Assembly: GCA_965220775.1 (NCBI GenBank)
Contig: OZ244845.1
Span: 2,066,568 to 2,130,567, forward strand
DNA length: 64,000 nt
Reading direction: 5' to 3'
Source: Chloroflexota bacterium
GTDB taxonomy: Bacteria > Chloroflexota > UBA6077 > FW602-bin22 > JBCLEL01
This document shows, piece by piece, positions 19,657 to 28,113 of the stretch. How positions within the stretch are numbered: the stretch's first letter is position 1; every line of letters starts with the position of its first letter. The notes below the pieces were generated by a model. That model did not search any database, was not told where the DNA came from, and saw only the letters and a list, made by a program, of their open reading frames with translations. Both the position numbers and the translations under genes were made by a program.

Positions 19657-20290
19657 TTGTCGATAACGTCAGTCGTCATTGATACGAAAGCATGTCCCGG
19701 ACTCCGATCCGGGATACATGGATCCCGCCGCGCCCGCGGGTCCTGTCATTGGTACCCCAATAGATTTCGGTACGGGCGCGCGACGCCAACAACTACCTGC
19801 CCAACATGGACAGCCGATTGTCAACACAGAGAAATGTAGGGCTGGGGCTTGTCCCCAGCCGAGGGCGGGGTGGTCGTTCGGCCGTGGTTGTACCGTCCGG
19901 CGTCTCGCCATTCTCATCCTCTCAAGTAGTCTTCGCAAGGCCTTGGAGATTCCAGAGAATACGGGAATCCAGGAAGAGGCGCGGGCGCCCCAAGTTTCGT
20001 ACCTGGAGTGTGCCGGCGGCAGCCGGCCTGAGCGATCGGTACGAGAATGAATGGATCCCGTCACGCCGGCGGGTCCCTGCATTCCGGCGATCGAAGGCAG
20101 GCCCCGTACCCCGATACGGGGCCGGAATCCAGGGGAAGGGCAAGACCGCCATACAATATGCAAGAACTCGGCGATCCACTATTTTCATCACCCAATGCGG
20201 TCTTCGCAGGGCCATGTCGTTCCTCGACCAGCCCCTATCGCCTAAGCGCATTTACCGAATGTCAGAAGCGCCGTGGAAGATGAACGATCG
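19657..20290. repeat. Cluster A of mosaic hairpin repeats (non-coding, between convergent genes)
   Basis: Contains module M1 (atgtagggctggggcttgtccccagcc, 19834-19860), M3 (gtgtgccggcggcagccggc, 20008-20027) and M2 (gccccgtaccccgatacggggccggaatcc, 20101-20130). Also two copies of ggatcccg..N..gcgggtcc (about 19720 and about 20053) and further hairpins. The only ORFs are low-complexity read-throughs. Confidence 0.7.
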
Positions 20291-21721
20291 CTAGGTTGCC
20301 CAAGCCGGCAGGCTTACGGTGAAAACAGTGCCAGTCTTTTCGTCGCTTTTCGCTTCGATAGAGCCATTGTGTAATTGCACAAGCTCTTTCACGATTGAGA
20401 GGCCGAGTCCGCTGCCTTCGCTACCTGCACGCATGCGTGATCGGTCTATCTGATAGAAGCGCTCGAAAATGCGGCTCAGGTGCTCGGGCGGAATATAGGA
20501 ACCGCTGTTGGTTACTGAAAGTTGTGCTTGACTCCCACTGCTACTCGCCTTGACTTGGATCTCTCCACCGGTCGGCGTATGCTTCACAGCGTTGTCGATC
20601 ATATTCGTCAGGACCTGCTCTAGCCTGTGGGGATCCGCCGGGATCACCAGTCCCTGCTCCACGTCCGCCGAGAGTTTCAAGTCTCGTTCCGCCGACTGTC
20701 GCTCAAAGGCCCGCGTACACCCCTCAGCGATCTCGCCCACGCTCACCGGCTCGACGTTTAGGCTTACCTGGCCGGACTCGATTTTCGATAGGTAGAGCAG
20801 ATCATCTACCAAACGGTGCATCCGGCTAGACTCTTCCTGCACGACCTGACCTGCCGTCTTGTAATCCTCAGGTTTATTTAAAGTGCCGTCGATCATCGCC
20901 TGCGCGAATCCTTGGATCGAGGTGAGCGGCGTGCGCAGCTCATGTGATACGTTCGCCAGAAAATCGCGCATAGATTGCTGTGATTGTGATACTTCCCTGG
21001 CCATTCTGTTGAACGCCTGCGCTAGGGAGTCGATCTCGACGATGTCTTGTCTTGGTACTTGGTGGTCGTATCTGCTGCGGGCTATCTCCTCGCTTGCCGA
21101 CGTCAGGGTCCCAATCGGACGCGTGATCGAGCGCGATAAAAAGACGGCCGCGCCAATCGAAACGATCAGAGACACCAGCGCCGCGATGGATAAGCCGGGC
21201 GCCAGCTCGAGCCAAGCCGTAGAGAGGCTCTCATGCGGTACCGTCAAAGCGACCTGTAATCCTGGATCTGAATTGTGGGATCCCTTCAGTGTCGAACGCA
21301 CAGAGCGCGGTACCGAGGTTATGACGAAAAGGTTGCCATGTTCGCCTTCTTTGTAGTCCGCCCAATATGACGTTACGCCGGCCCGGAACGGGCGCTCGGT
21401 CATGCCCATCTGATGCCCTTCAAGTTTGTTACCGGTGTCCACCAGGACGCGGCGCTCACTGTCCATCAACAAGATGCGCACGTCGAGCTCGTTGGCTTGA
21501 TACTCTAGAAAGCGGATTATCTCGTCGGACGGTGCGTTCGCCCACTCCAGGATCGCTACTTGGTAGGACAGGGGTAGGGCCATGTCGGCAAGTTGGTTGG
21601 CGCGGAGCTGACTGTGATACCCACGTAAGATATACACGAAAGTCAGGCCGGCCAAGAACAGCGCCAAGAAATTGACGACGACAAACGCCAGAATGAGCCG
21701 AGTCCGCAGAATCCTAAGCAT
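20291..21721 (-). CDS. Sensor histidine kinase (2 TM, HAMP, HisKA, HATPase_c)
   Basis: H-box SHELRTPLTSIQGF, N-box NAVKHTP and G-box GSGLGLSIVKELV. Two hydrophobic segments flank a periplasmic-type domain. Confidence 0.85.
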   Translation of the reverse strand: MLRILRTRLILAFVVVNFLALFLAGLTFVYILRGYHSQLRANQLADMALPLSYQVAILEWANAPSDEIIRFLEYQANELDVRILLMDSERRVLVDTGNKLEGHQMGMTERPFRAGVTSYWADYKEGEHGNLFVITSVPRSVRSTLKGSHNSDPGLQVALTVPHESLSTAWLELAPGLSIAALVSLIVSIGAAVFLSRSITRPIGTLTSASEEIARSRYDHQVPRQDIVEIDSLAQAFNRMAREVSQSQQSMRDFLANVSHELRTPLTSIQGFAQAMIDGTLNKPEDYKTAGQVVQEESSRMHRLVDDLLYLSKIESGQVSLNVEPVSVGEIAEGCTRAFERQSAERDLKLSADVEQGLVIPADPHRLEQVLTNMIDNAVKHTPTGGEIQVKASSSGSQAQLSVTNSGSYIPPEHLSRIFERFYQIDRSRMRAGSEGSGLGLSIVKELVQLHNGSIEAKSDEKTGTVFTVSLPAWAT

Positions 21722-21725
21722 CGCT

Positions 21726-22409
21726 CTATTCGGTTTCAGATTCCACTATCATCTTGTACCCTATTCCCCAAACCGTCTTGATTTTGGCGTCGCTCTTGGA
21801 TAGCTTGTCCCGAAGCCAGGTCACGTGCACGTCGATTGTTCGGGAATCTCCCAAGAAATCGTATCCCCATACAGTGCTTATCAGCCGCTCGCGGTCTAGG
21901 ACGACCTCAGGATGTTTAGCAAAGGCCACCAACAGATCGAACTCCTTTGCCCGCAGCTCTACGACTTGATCATCCACCCTGACCTCGCGCTTGTCTATGT
22001 CGATCTGCAGATTTGCGAGAGCGATCCGGTCGCCGGAAAGAGGCTCGCTCTTTGACCGGCGCAATACTGCCTTTACTCGGGCCACTAGCTCGCGCGGGTT
22101 GAACGGCTTGGTTACATAATCATCCGCACCGATCTCGAGTCCAACGATCTTATCGACATCCTCGGTGCGGGCTGTCAGCATTATGATCGGCACGTTCGAA
22201 GTCTTGCGGAGCTGCCGGCATGCTTCCCAGCCGTCTATATCCGGCATCATTAGATCGAGTATGATCAGGTCCGGCTTGACGCGGCCGGCCCGTTCGATCG
22301 CCTCTCGGCCGGTGCTGGCCGACTCAACTCCAAATCCCTCGTTGCGAAGATACAACGAGACTAGCTGAACGATATTTCTCTCGTCATCGGCCACCAGAAC
22401 TGTCGACAT
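21726..22409 (-). CDS. OmpR-family response regulator
   Basis: Receiver VLVADDE...DLIILDLMMPDIDG...K, and a winged-helix C-terminus VW.......RTIDVHV..LR.KL. There is a 4-nt gap to the kinase gene. Confidence 0.9.
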   Translation of the reverse strand: MSTVLVADDERNIVQLVSLYLRNEGFGVESASTGREAIERAGRVKPDLIILDLMMPDIDGWEACRQLRKTSNVPIIMLTARTEDVDKIVGLEIGADDYVTKPFNPRELVARVKAVLRRSKSEPLSGDRIALANLQIDIDKREVRVDDQVVELRAKEFDLLVAFAKHPEVVLDRERLISTVWGYDFLGDSRTIDVHVTWLRDKLSKSDAKIKTVWGIGYKMIVESETE

Positions 22410-22828
22410 AATTGCTTCCTCTATAGCTAGGTTGCTTACTTAGACTAATTATCGGAGGCAATCCTTCGAACCGAATTAAGTGATTGTTAAATATCAGTTA
22501 TATCAGCCGGCGATTCCCATGGGCGGAATCCCTTATGTTTGCTGGCGAATTTGGCGGCATTCATTCTTGCTCGTAGTTACATTCTAACGCCAATTCGAAG
22601 TAGATGCCTGGCAATTTGCTAGTACTTTTGTGGACGAAAGCCAGTTGACATAGTGACTCGGTCAAGTTGATTACGAATCACCACGAGCATTAGGTATGGC
22701 ATCTGCAATTTCATCCATCCCAGATACGCCGGCTGTTACTTGATTGCAGTTAACCGAACTCGGATTGGGCCTCGAGACTATGCGGCTGTATGACTCAGGA
22801 AGGAGTTCCTGGTCGGGCGATTCCGAAT

Positions 22829-24196
22829 CTACAGTCCTTTCGTCGCTTCCTCGATGGCCTGTCCGACGGTACTAACCAGCGTGTCGACCTGCTCGTCAGT
22901 GATTATCAGAGGAGGCGCCAAGAGAATGCTATCGCCGCGATTTCGAACTATCGCGCCGAGCTTGGCGGCCGCACCGGCTACCTGCGGGCCAACCCGCCTG
23001 CCGGGCGGGAAACCGGTTTTGGTCGCCTTATCCTCAACCAGTTCTATCGCCGCCATGAGTCCATATCCGCCTCGAATGTTGCCCACAAACCGATGTGAAT
23101 CAAGCTCAGAAAGACCCTGGTGGAGCCGCTTTCCCTGCCGCGCGGCGTTCGCCGGCAGGTCCTCCCGCTCCATGATGTCGAGGTTGACTTGGGCTACCGC
23201 GCAACAGGCGGGATGTCCCGAGTAGGTATAAGCGTGCATCCAGCGTTGTTCGGCTGTATTCATCAAATCGAAAATTTCTTCGGAGACCATCATCCCGCCC
23301 AGCGGCAAATAGCCGCTCGTAATGCCTTTGGAGAACGACATGATGTCCGGACCGACGTCCCAATTTTGGACGCCGAACCACTTGCCAGTGCGGCCAAAGC
23401 CGGTGATGATCTCGTCGGCGATCAGCAGGACGTTGTGGCGGTCGCAGATCTGGCGGAGACGCGGAAGGTAGTCCGGATCCGGAGGGTATATTCCCCCGGC
23501 TCCCTGGATAGGCTCCGCAATCACCGCCGCCACGGTATCCTGTCCCTCTCGTTCGATCGCTTGGTCGACTTCGTCGGCGCAGGCAAGCGTGCACTTCGCC
23601 TGATCGGCGCAATGAGAACAACGGTAGCGATAGGGAGGGTTGACCGCGATGAACCCCGGTAACGGGGGGCCGAACCCCTGTTGGAAATCGGGAATGTTGG
23701 TCGTCCACATTGCGGTTGCCGTAAGACCGTGATAGGCCCTCCGCCGGCTGATAATCTTGAGCTTTTCGCTCTTGCCTTGTGCTAGCCAGAAATAACGGGC
23801 CGTCTTTATGGCGGAGTCGTTGGCCTCGGCGCCACCACATGTGAAGTACGTCGCTTTCAAGGGCGCCGGTGCCAAGTCCGCCAAGCGGCCCGCCAACTCG
23901 ATGGCTGGCCTATGGGTGAATCCAACGTAGTTGGACGAGTAAGCATGGACGCTCATCTGTCTTGCGGCCGCGTCAGCCAACTCGCGGCGGCCGTGCCCTA
24001 TGTTCACGTTGGCCAGACAAGAGAAGCTATCGATGTACCGATTGCCCTCCGTATCGAATAGGTAGATGCCGTCGCCGCCGGCGATTATGAATGGGCCGGT
24101 GTAGCGGTGCTCGTAACGGCTGTGAAGCGGATGGATGAGATGCGCTTCATCGGCCGCCAGTAGCGCCTCTCTGTCGGTGGAGATTATTGCGCTCAT
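22829..24196 (-). CDS. Class III (omega-type) pyridoxal-phosphate aminotransferase
   Basis: LIADEIITGFGRTG and FSKGITSGYLPLGG (PLP lysine) are typical class III aminotransferase signatures. Confidence 0.85.
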   Translation of the reverse strand: MSAIISTDREALLAADEAHLIHPLHSRYEHRYTGPFIIAGGDGIYLFDTEGNRYIDSFSCLANVNIGHGRRELADAAARQMSVHAYSSNYVGFTHRPAIELAGRLADLAPAPLKATYFTCGGAEANDSAIKTARYFWLAQGKSEKLKIISRRRAYHGLTATAMWTTNIPDFQQGFGPPLPGFIAVNPPYRYRCSHCADQAKCTLACADEVDQAIEREGQDTVAAVIAEPIQGAGGIYPPDPDYLPRLRQICDRHNVLLIADEIITGFGRTGKWFGVQNWDVGPDIMSFSKGITSGYLPLGGMMVSEEIFDLMNTAEQRWMHAYTYSGHPACCAVAQVNLDIMEREDLPANAARQGKRLHQGLSELDSHRFVGNIRGGYGLMAAIELVEDKATKTGFPPGRRVGPQVAGAAAKLGAIVRNRGDSILLAPPLIITDEQVDTLVSTVGQAIEEATKGL

Positions 24197-24357
24197 CTTG
24201 ACATTACCCCCATTAGGCCGGCTGATCTCGCTCGGACCGAAAGACTAGCCCAGGCCATCGTTTTCCATGAATTCTACTACCGACTCGGCTCCCTAAGTGT
24301 TTGTTGGACGCCATCGCGATATAATCCAGCCTAATCCTACCAACGGAGAGGTGCGAA

Positions 24358-25230
24358 TTGAGTGCGGTTCACCTGGACGATCGAGGGCGGCGTAGTCGGA
24401 TTGGAGCCCATGTGTCTGTGGCCGGCGGGTTGACCAAGGGCGTCGATAGAGCTTTGGACATAGGCGCTGAGTGTATCCAGATATTCGTCGGCGCACCCCA
24501 ACGTTGGAGCACCGCCAAGTATACGGATGACGAGGCGCGGGAGTTCAAACAGGCGGTCGACGAGAACGACCTCAACCCAGTCTTCATACACGGGCCTTAT
24601 TTGGTGAACCTCGCCTCCAAGCGTGGTGACGTGCGGGCAATCTCTCGCCGAGTGCTGGTCAGCCAGTTGGAATGGGCCGAGAAACTGGGCGCCGAAGGCG
24701 TGATAGTCCATGTCGGCAGTGGCGGCGACAACGCGTTGGATCTGGCCGAAGCCGGCCTGCGCGAAGTTCTCGGCAATTACCGAGGTCCCGCCAAGTTCTT
24801 GCTGGAAAACGACGCCGGCGCTGGCCAGCGCATTGGCAAGCGTTTTAGCGAGATCGGCCGGCTGATCAAAGCGGCTGACAACGACGAGCGGCTCGGTGTC
24901 TGCTTCGACACCTGCCACGCCTTGGTCTCCGGCTACGAGATTCGCGACCGCGATAGTCTAAGTGCTGCTATGGAGGAGTTCGACGCTGAAATAGGGCAGG
25001 ATAGACTGGTGGTCGTCCACGCCAACGACTCAAAGGGCGACTTGGGTTCGAATAAGGACCGTCACGAGAACATCGGCAAGGGTGAAATCGGCGAGGATAG
25101 CTTTGAGATAATCCTCTCTGATAAGAACCTGCGGGGGCTGCCGTTCGTGCTCGAAGTGCCGGGCTACGAGAAGGGTGGGCCAGATGCCCGCAACATCAAG
25201 GACTTGATCCGGCTGGCTGGGGGAAGTTAG
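24358..25230 (+). CDS. nfo: Endonuclease IV (deoxyribonuclease IV)
   Basis: RIGAHVSVAGG, LLEN.AG and HANDSKGDLGSNKDRHENIGKGEIG. TTG start with GGAGAGG upstream. Confidence 0.85.
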   Translation: MSAVHLDDRGRRSRIGAHVSVAGGLTKGVDRALDIGAECIQIFVGAPQRWSTAKYTDDEAREFKQAVDENDLNPVFIHGPYLVNLASKRGDVRAISRRVLVSQLEWAEKLGAEGVIVHVGSGGDNALDLAEAGLREVLGNYRGPAKFLLENDAGAGQRIGKRFSEIGRLIKAADNDERLGVCFDTCHALVSGYEIRDRDSLSAAMEEFDAEIGQDRLVVVHANDSKGDLGSNKDRHENIGKGEIGEDSFEIILSDKNLRGLPFVLEVPGYEKGGPDARNIKDLIRLAGGS

Positions 25231-26456
25231 GGTTCTTGGTTATCGCTTTCCGGTTCCTGTCCTTCGAAATGATCGTAGACCAGTAGGGATAGCTCTGCGA
25301 TCTGCTTGACTTCCCAGGCTTTGTCGGACATGACGACAAGCACGTAAGGCGCAGTTGGCGCATAGACGATTCCGACGTCGTGAGTGGCGCTTGGCCAGTT
25401 TCCGGTCTTATGAGCTACTCGAATGCCGGCCGGCAATAGGGCCGGAAGCCGGTCGTTGACTCTCTGGCGTGTCATCAGATCTACCATGTCCTGACTCGCC
25501 CGTTCATTGATGGCTCCGCCTAGCGCCAACATCTCCAACAGCAGCGCCGTGTCTTCAGCCGTGGTGGGTAGGTCTCCACGAACCAGGGCCGAATTCTCCA
25601 TGCCTATGGCCTCGATGTCTTGGTTGATATTCCATCCGCCAACTTTGTCGTGCAACATAATCGCGGCTACGTTGTCGCTGACAGTTATCATCGCCTCCAT
25701 CAAATTGCCAATTGGCACTTCGGTCCATAGCGGCCAAGCCAACTCACCGAGCTGGTAATCGAGATGGAACGGCACTAGTGTCACCGTCTCGTCGAATGCC
25801 AATAGGCCTAGCTCCCGCTGCCTGAATACTTCGTACATCACCCATAGCTTGAATACGCTTGCCGCGTAGAATTCTTTGTCTGGGTTGATCGCCACTCCCC
25901 GACCATCGGTTACCCGTTTCACCACTATCCCGTACCTGGGAATGTCCTCCCCTAGATGTTGCGTAATTTTCGCCTCCAGCGCGGCGTCATGTTGCAGCGG
26001 TATCGGTTCGTAGCGTGGCGACGGCGTCAGCCCGTATGGCCCCCGAATCCGGGTGACGGTTATCGTGACAGTGACCGTCGTCTCTGGTTGAGCTGTCGGT
26101 GTTCTGTACGCGATGAGGGCCGGCGTGGCGCCGCTCGGATAAACGATGATTGTTCCAGTCGCCGTGGCTTCCGGCGAAACTGAAACTGTAGGTTCACTCG
26201 CGGTAATGGTACTGATCGGCGTAGGCGAGCTTTCTGGTGTAGGACTTGGAGGCGGCGAGGCCGTCGCCGCTCTCGTGGCGGTAGGGATGGGCTCTGGAGT
26301 AGCCGGAGTTGCCGAAGGAGTAGCCGCCGCACTAACGGCCGTCTGCCTGATCGCCCAAACGGCGTCAAATGGTCCGCTACAGCCGAGAATTATCAGCAGC
26401 GAAACAATCACGGGAACTATTCCGATTAAGGCGCGCTGCCTCAGGGCCATTCTCAT
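25227..26456 (-). CDS. Membrane-anchored class A beta-lactamase-like serine hydrolase with Pro/Thr/Ser-rich linker
   Basis: SxxK (ASVFK), SDN (VSDNVAA) and KTG (HKTGNW). I prefer the ATG at 26456 (MRMALRQRALIGIVPVIVSLLIILGCSGP), which gives a signal anchor. Confidence 0.65.
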   Translation of the reverse strand: MRMALRQRALIGIVPVIVSLLIILGCSGPFDAVWAIRQTAVSAAATPSATPATPEPIPTATRAATASPPPSPTPESSPTPISTITASEPTVSVSPEATATGTIIVYPSGATPALIAYRTPTAQPETTVTVTITVTRIRGPYGLTPSPRYEPIPLQHDAALEAKITQHLGEDIPRYGIVVKRVTDGRGVAINPDKEFYAASVFKLWVMYEVFRQRELGLLAFDETVTLVPFHLDYQLGELAWPLWTEVPIGNLMEAMITVSDNVAAIMLHDKVGGWNINQDIEAIGMENSALVRGDLPTTAEDTALLLEMLALGGAINERASQDMVDLMTRQRVNDRLPALLPAGIRVAHKTGNWPSATHDVGIVYAPTAPYVLVVMSDKAWEVKQIAELSLLVYDHFEGQEPESDNQEP

Positions 26457-26724
26457 GTGTAACCTCGCCGGCCGACTGCCTGAACTTGAGGCTAAGCGGA
26501 TATGAGTTGTCGCCCGCCGGCTTGTGACTGCCGGCGCGTCGCTTCGTTCTCTATTGATCTGTACAACTGTACCCTGTCTTGGCAAGCGTTGGTGGACCAG
26601 TGACCGACTAAGGCAACAACAGAGGTGGAGCCTCACATGCGGAGTTGAGATTCAAGGTGAACGCCAGCCCTCGTCCTCCGGCATCATGCGCTCTGCCACC
26701 GATCCTCGCGTTGGGAGAATCGTG

Positions 26725-27690
26725 TCACTCTGGACTGGCGCTGTTGCCGCGTGATTCTTCAAGTCTCTCCTCATCGTCCGCGTCCCTAGAACTACTCTTG
26801 GAACCCCATCCTCCGAGCCTCCAAATTAGGAGGCCGATAAGCCCTATCACGATAACGTAGCCGACGATCTGTGCTATTTCATCCACGATTGATTGGCCGG
26901 GTAGCAGGTCCTCAAGCACTAACGCGGCTATTCCGGTCAATATGCTCACTATCACTATGGTTATCACTAACCACATTGAGTTGAGAAAGCGATCGAGAAC
27001 GAGGCGAGCCGTTCGTCGCAACCGCGCGAGCTGGGGTGCTGCCTCGGCCGGCTTGGGTTTTTCGGGTGTGCTGCTCTTGCCTGTAACAATCACTTCGACG
27101 ACGCGGGCTAATCCATCTCGGAACAGTGGCGCTAGCTGGTCACCATTGTCGAAGCCGTAGTAGAAAGTGCTAGACGCACCTGGGCTCTGGCCTCGTACCC
27201 ATGCTAATAGGCGCCGCCATATTGTCGGGTTTCCCAAGCTCGCACGAAAATCGTCGACTTTGGCCTGCGCCTCAAGGTTCTGCAACGGCGGCCCTTCCGC
27301 ATCCTTGAAGAAGAACAAGCATTCACATGTGTGCTTGTAGTAGAAGCTCTCGTACGCACGCTCGAACTCTTTTACTGTCCCAGCACCCACCCAGGAAGGA
27401 GGCGGCGCATGGAAATGCCCCCATAGCAACCCTACGAAAATGTTGTAGTCGTTCGCCGATGGCTTCTCTCTACTAGGGTCCGAGTCTACGTGTACGCCGG
27501 GCCCGAAAGGCTTGCTCTCCCATTTCACCAAATCCAGATAAATGTTGAACGTTTTCATCCATACCTGGTTCAGATCGCGAATGACATTCTCTATCAGTTC
27601 GCGCTCCGGCCGAACCTCTTCCGGCGATGCGATGAGCACCGTTAACGCTCTTGGTGTAATTGACTTGTCCGCGCCAGGCTCGGTCGCCAT
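26725..27690 (-). CDS. DUF4062/TIR-like N-terminal domain protein with two C-terminal TM helices
   Basis: N-terminus VLIASPEEVRPERELIENVIRDL...YNIFVGLLWGHF...GTVKEFERA...FFFKD resembles the DUF4062/TIR-like Rossmannoid pattern (from memory). The C-terminus has two clear hydrophobic helices (WLVITIVIVSILTGIAALVL and IVGYVIVIGLIGLLIW) and an acidic tail. Confidence 0.4.
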   Translation of the reverse strand: MATEPGADKSITPRALTVLIASPEEVRPERELIENVIRDLNQVWMKTFNIYLDLVKWESKPFGPGVHVDSDPSREKPSANDYNIFVGLLWGHFHAPPPSWVGAGTVKEFERAYESFYYKHTCECLFFFKDAEGPPLQNLEAQAKVDDFRASLGNPTIWRRLLAWVRGQSPGASSTFYYGFDNGDQLAPLFRDGLARVVEVIVTGKSSTPEKPKPAEAAPQLARLRRTARLVLDRFLNSMWLVITIVIVSILTGIAALVLEDLLPGQSIVDEIAQIVGYVIVIGLIGLLIWRLGGWGSKSSSRDADDEERLEESRGNSASPE

Positions 27691-28113
27691 GATTGAGTTC
27701 TAACCTCTCAATTGCTCGGCAATCCAACGTCCAACGAAACTTATCGCCAAGACCCTCCGAAACGAGGAGACTCCATCCCTATCTCGGGTTTGTAGACCGC
27801 TCTGACCCATGCTGCTTCAGATGCAACGAAGCACCGTAGGCCTTCCAGCGTGGTCCCATAATCTAGTCCCAATTGCGGAGTCCAAAGCAATTCTCGATCC
27901 GGGCGAAAGTGTCCGTCAATTTGAATGCAGAAAAGCTAAGGCCGCACCAATTTGCTTAATGATTGCGCGTTAATGCAAGTATAGTTCAGCGATTTTGCAA
28001 AACAAGCTGGCCTTTGGACCTGCGTGGACACCGGTGCCAATTTACCCCGGAATGGAGCCGTGTTTAGGCATCTGTCTGAAAAGCGAGTACAAGCCGGTCC
28101 CTGAAACGCCGGC

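Noticed and set aside
19669-20294. ORFs of 100-160 aa inside repeat cluster A (19669..20163, 19806..20294 and others), and similar ones in clusters B-D.
   Set aside because: Their translations (..WGQAPALHF.., ..IPAIEGRPRTPIRGRNPGEG..) are read-throughs of the hairpin repeats on both strands. They recur wherever the repeats recur, so they are not genes.
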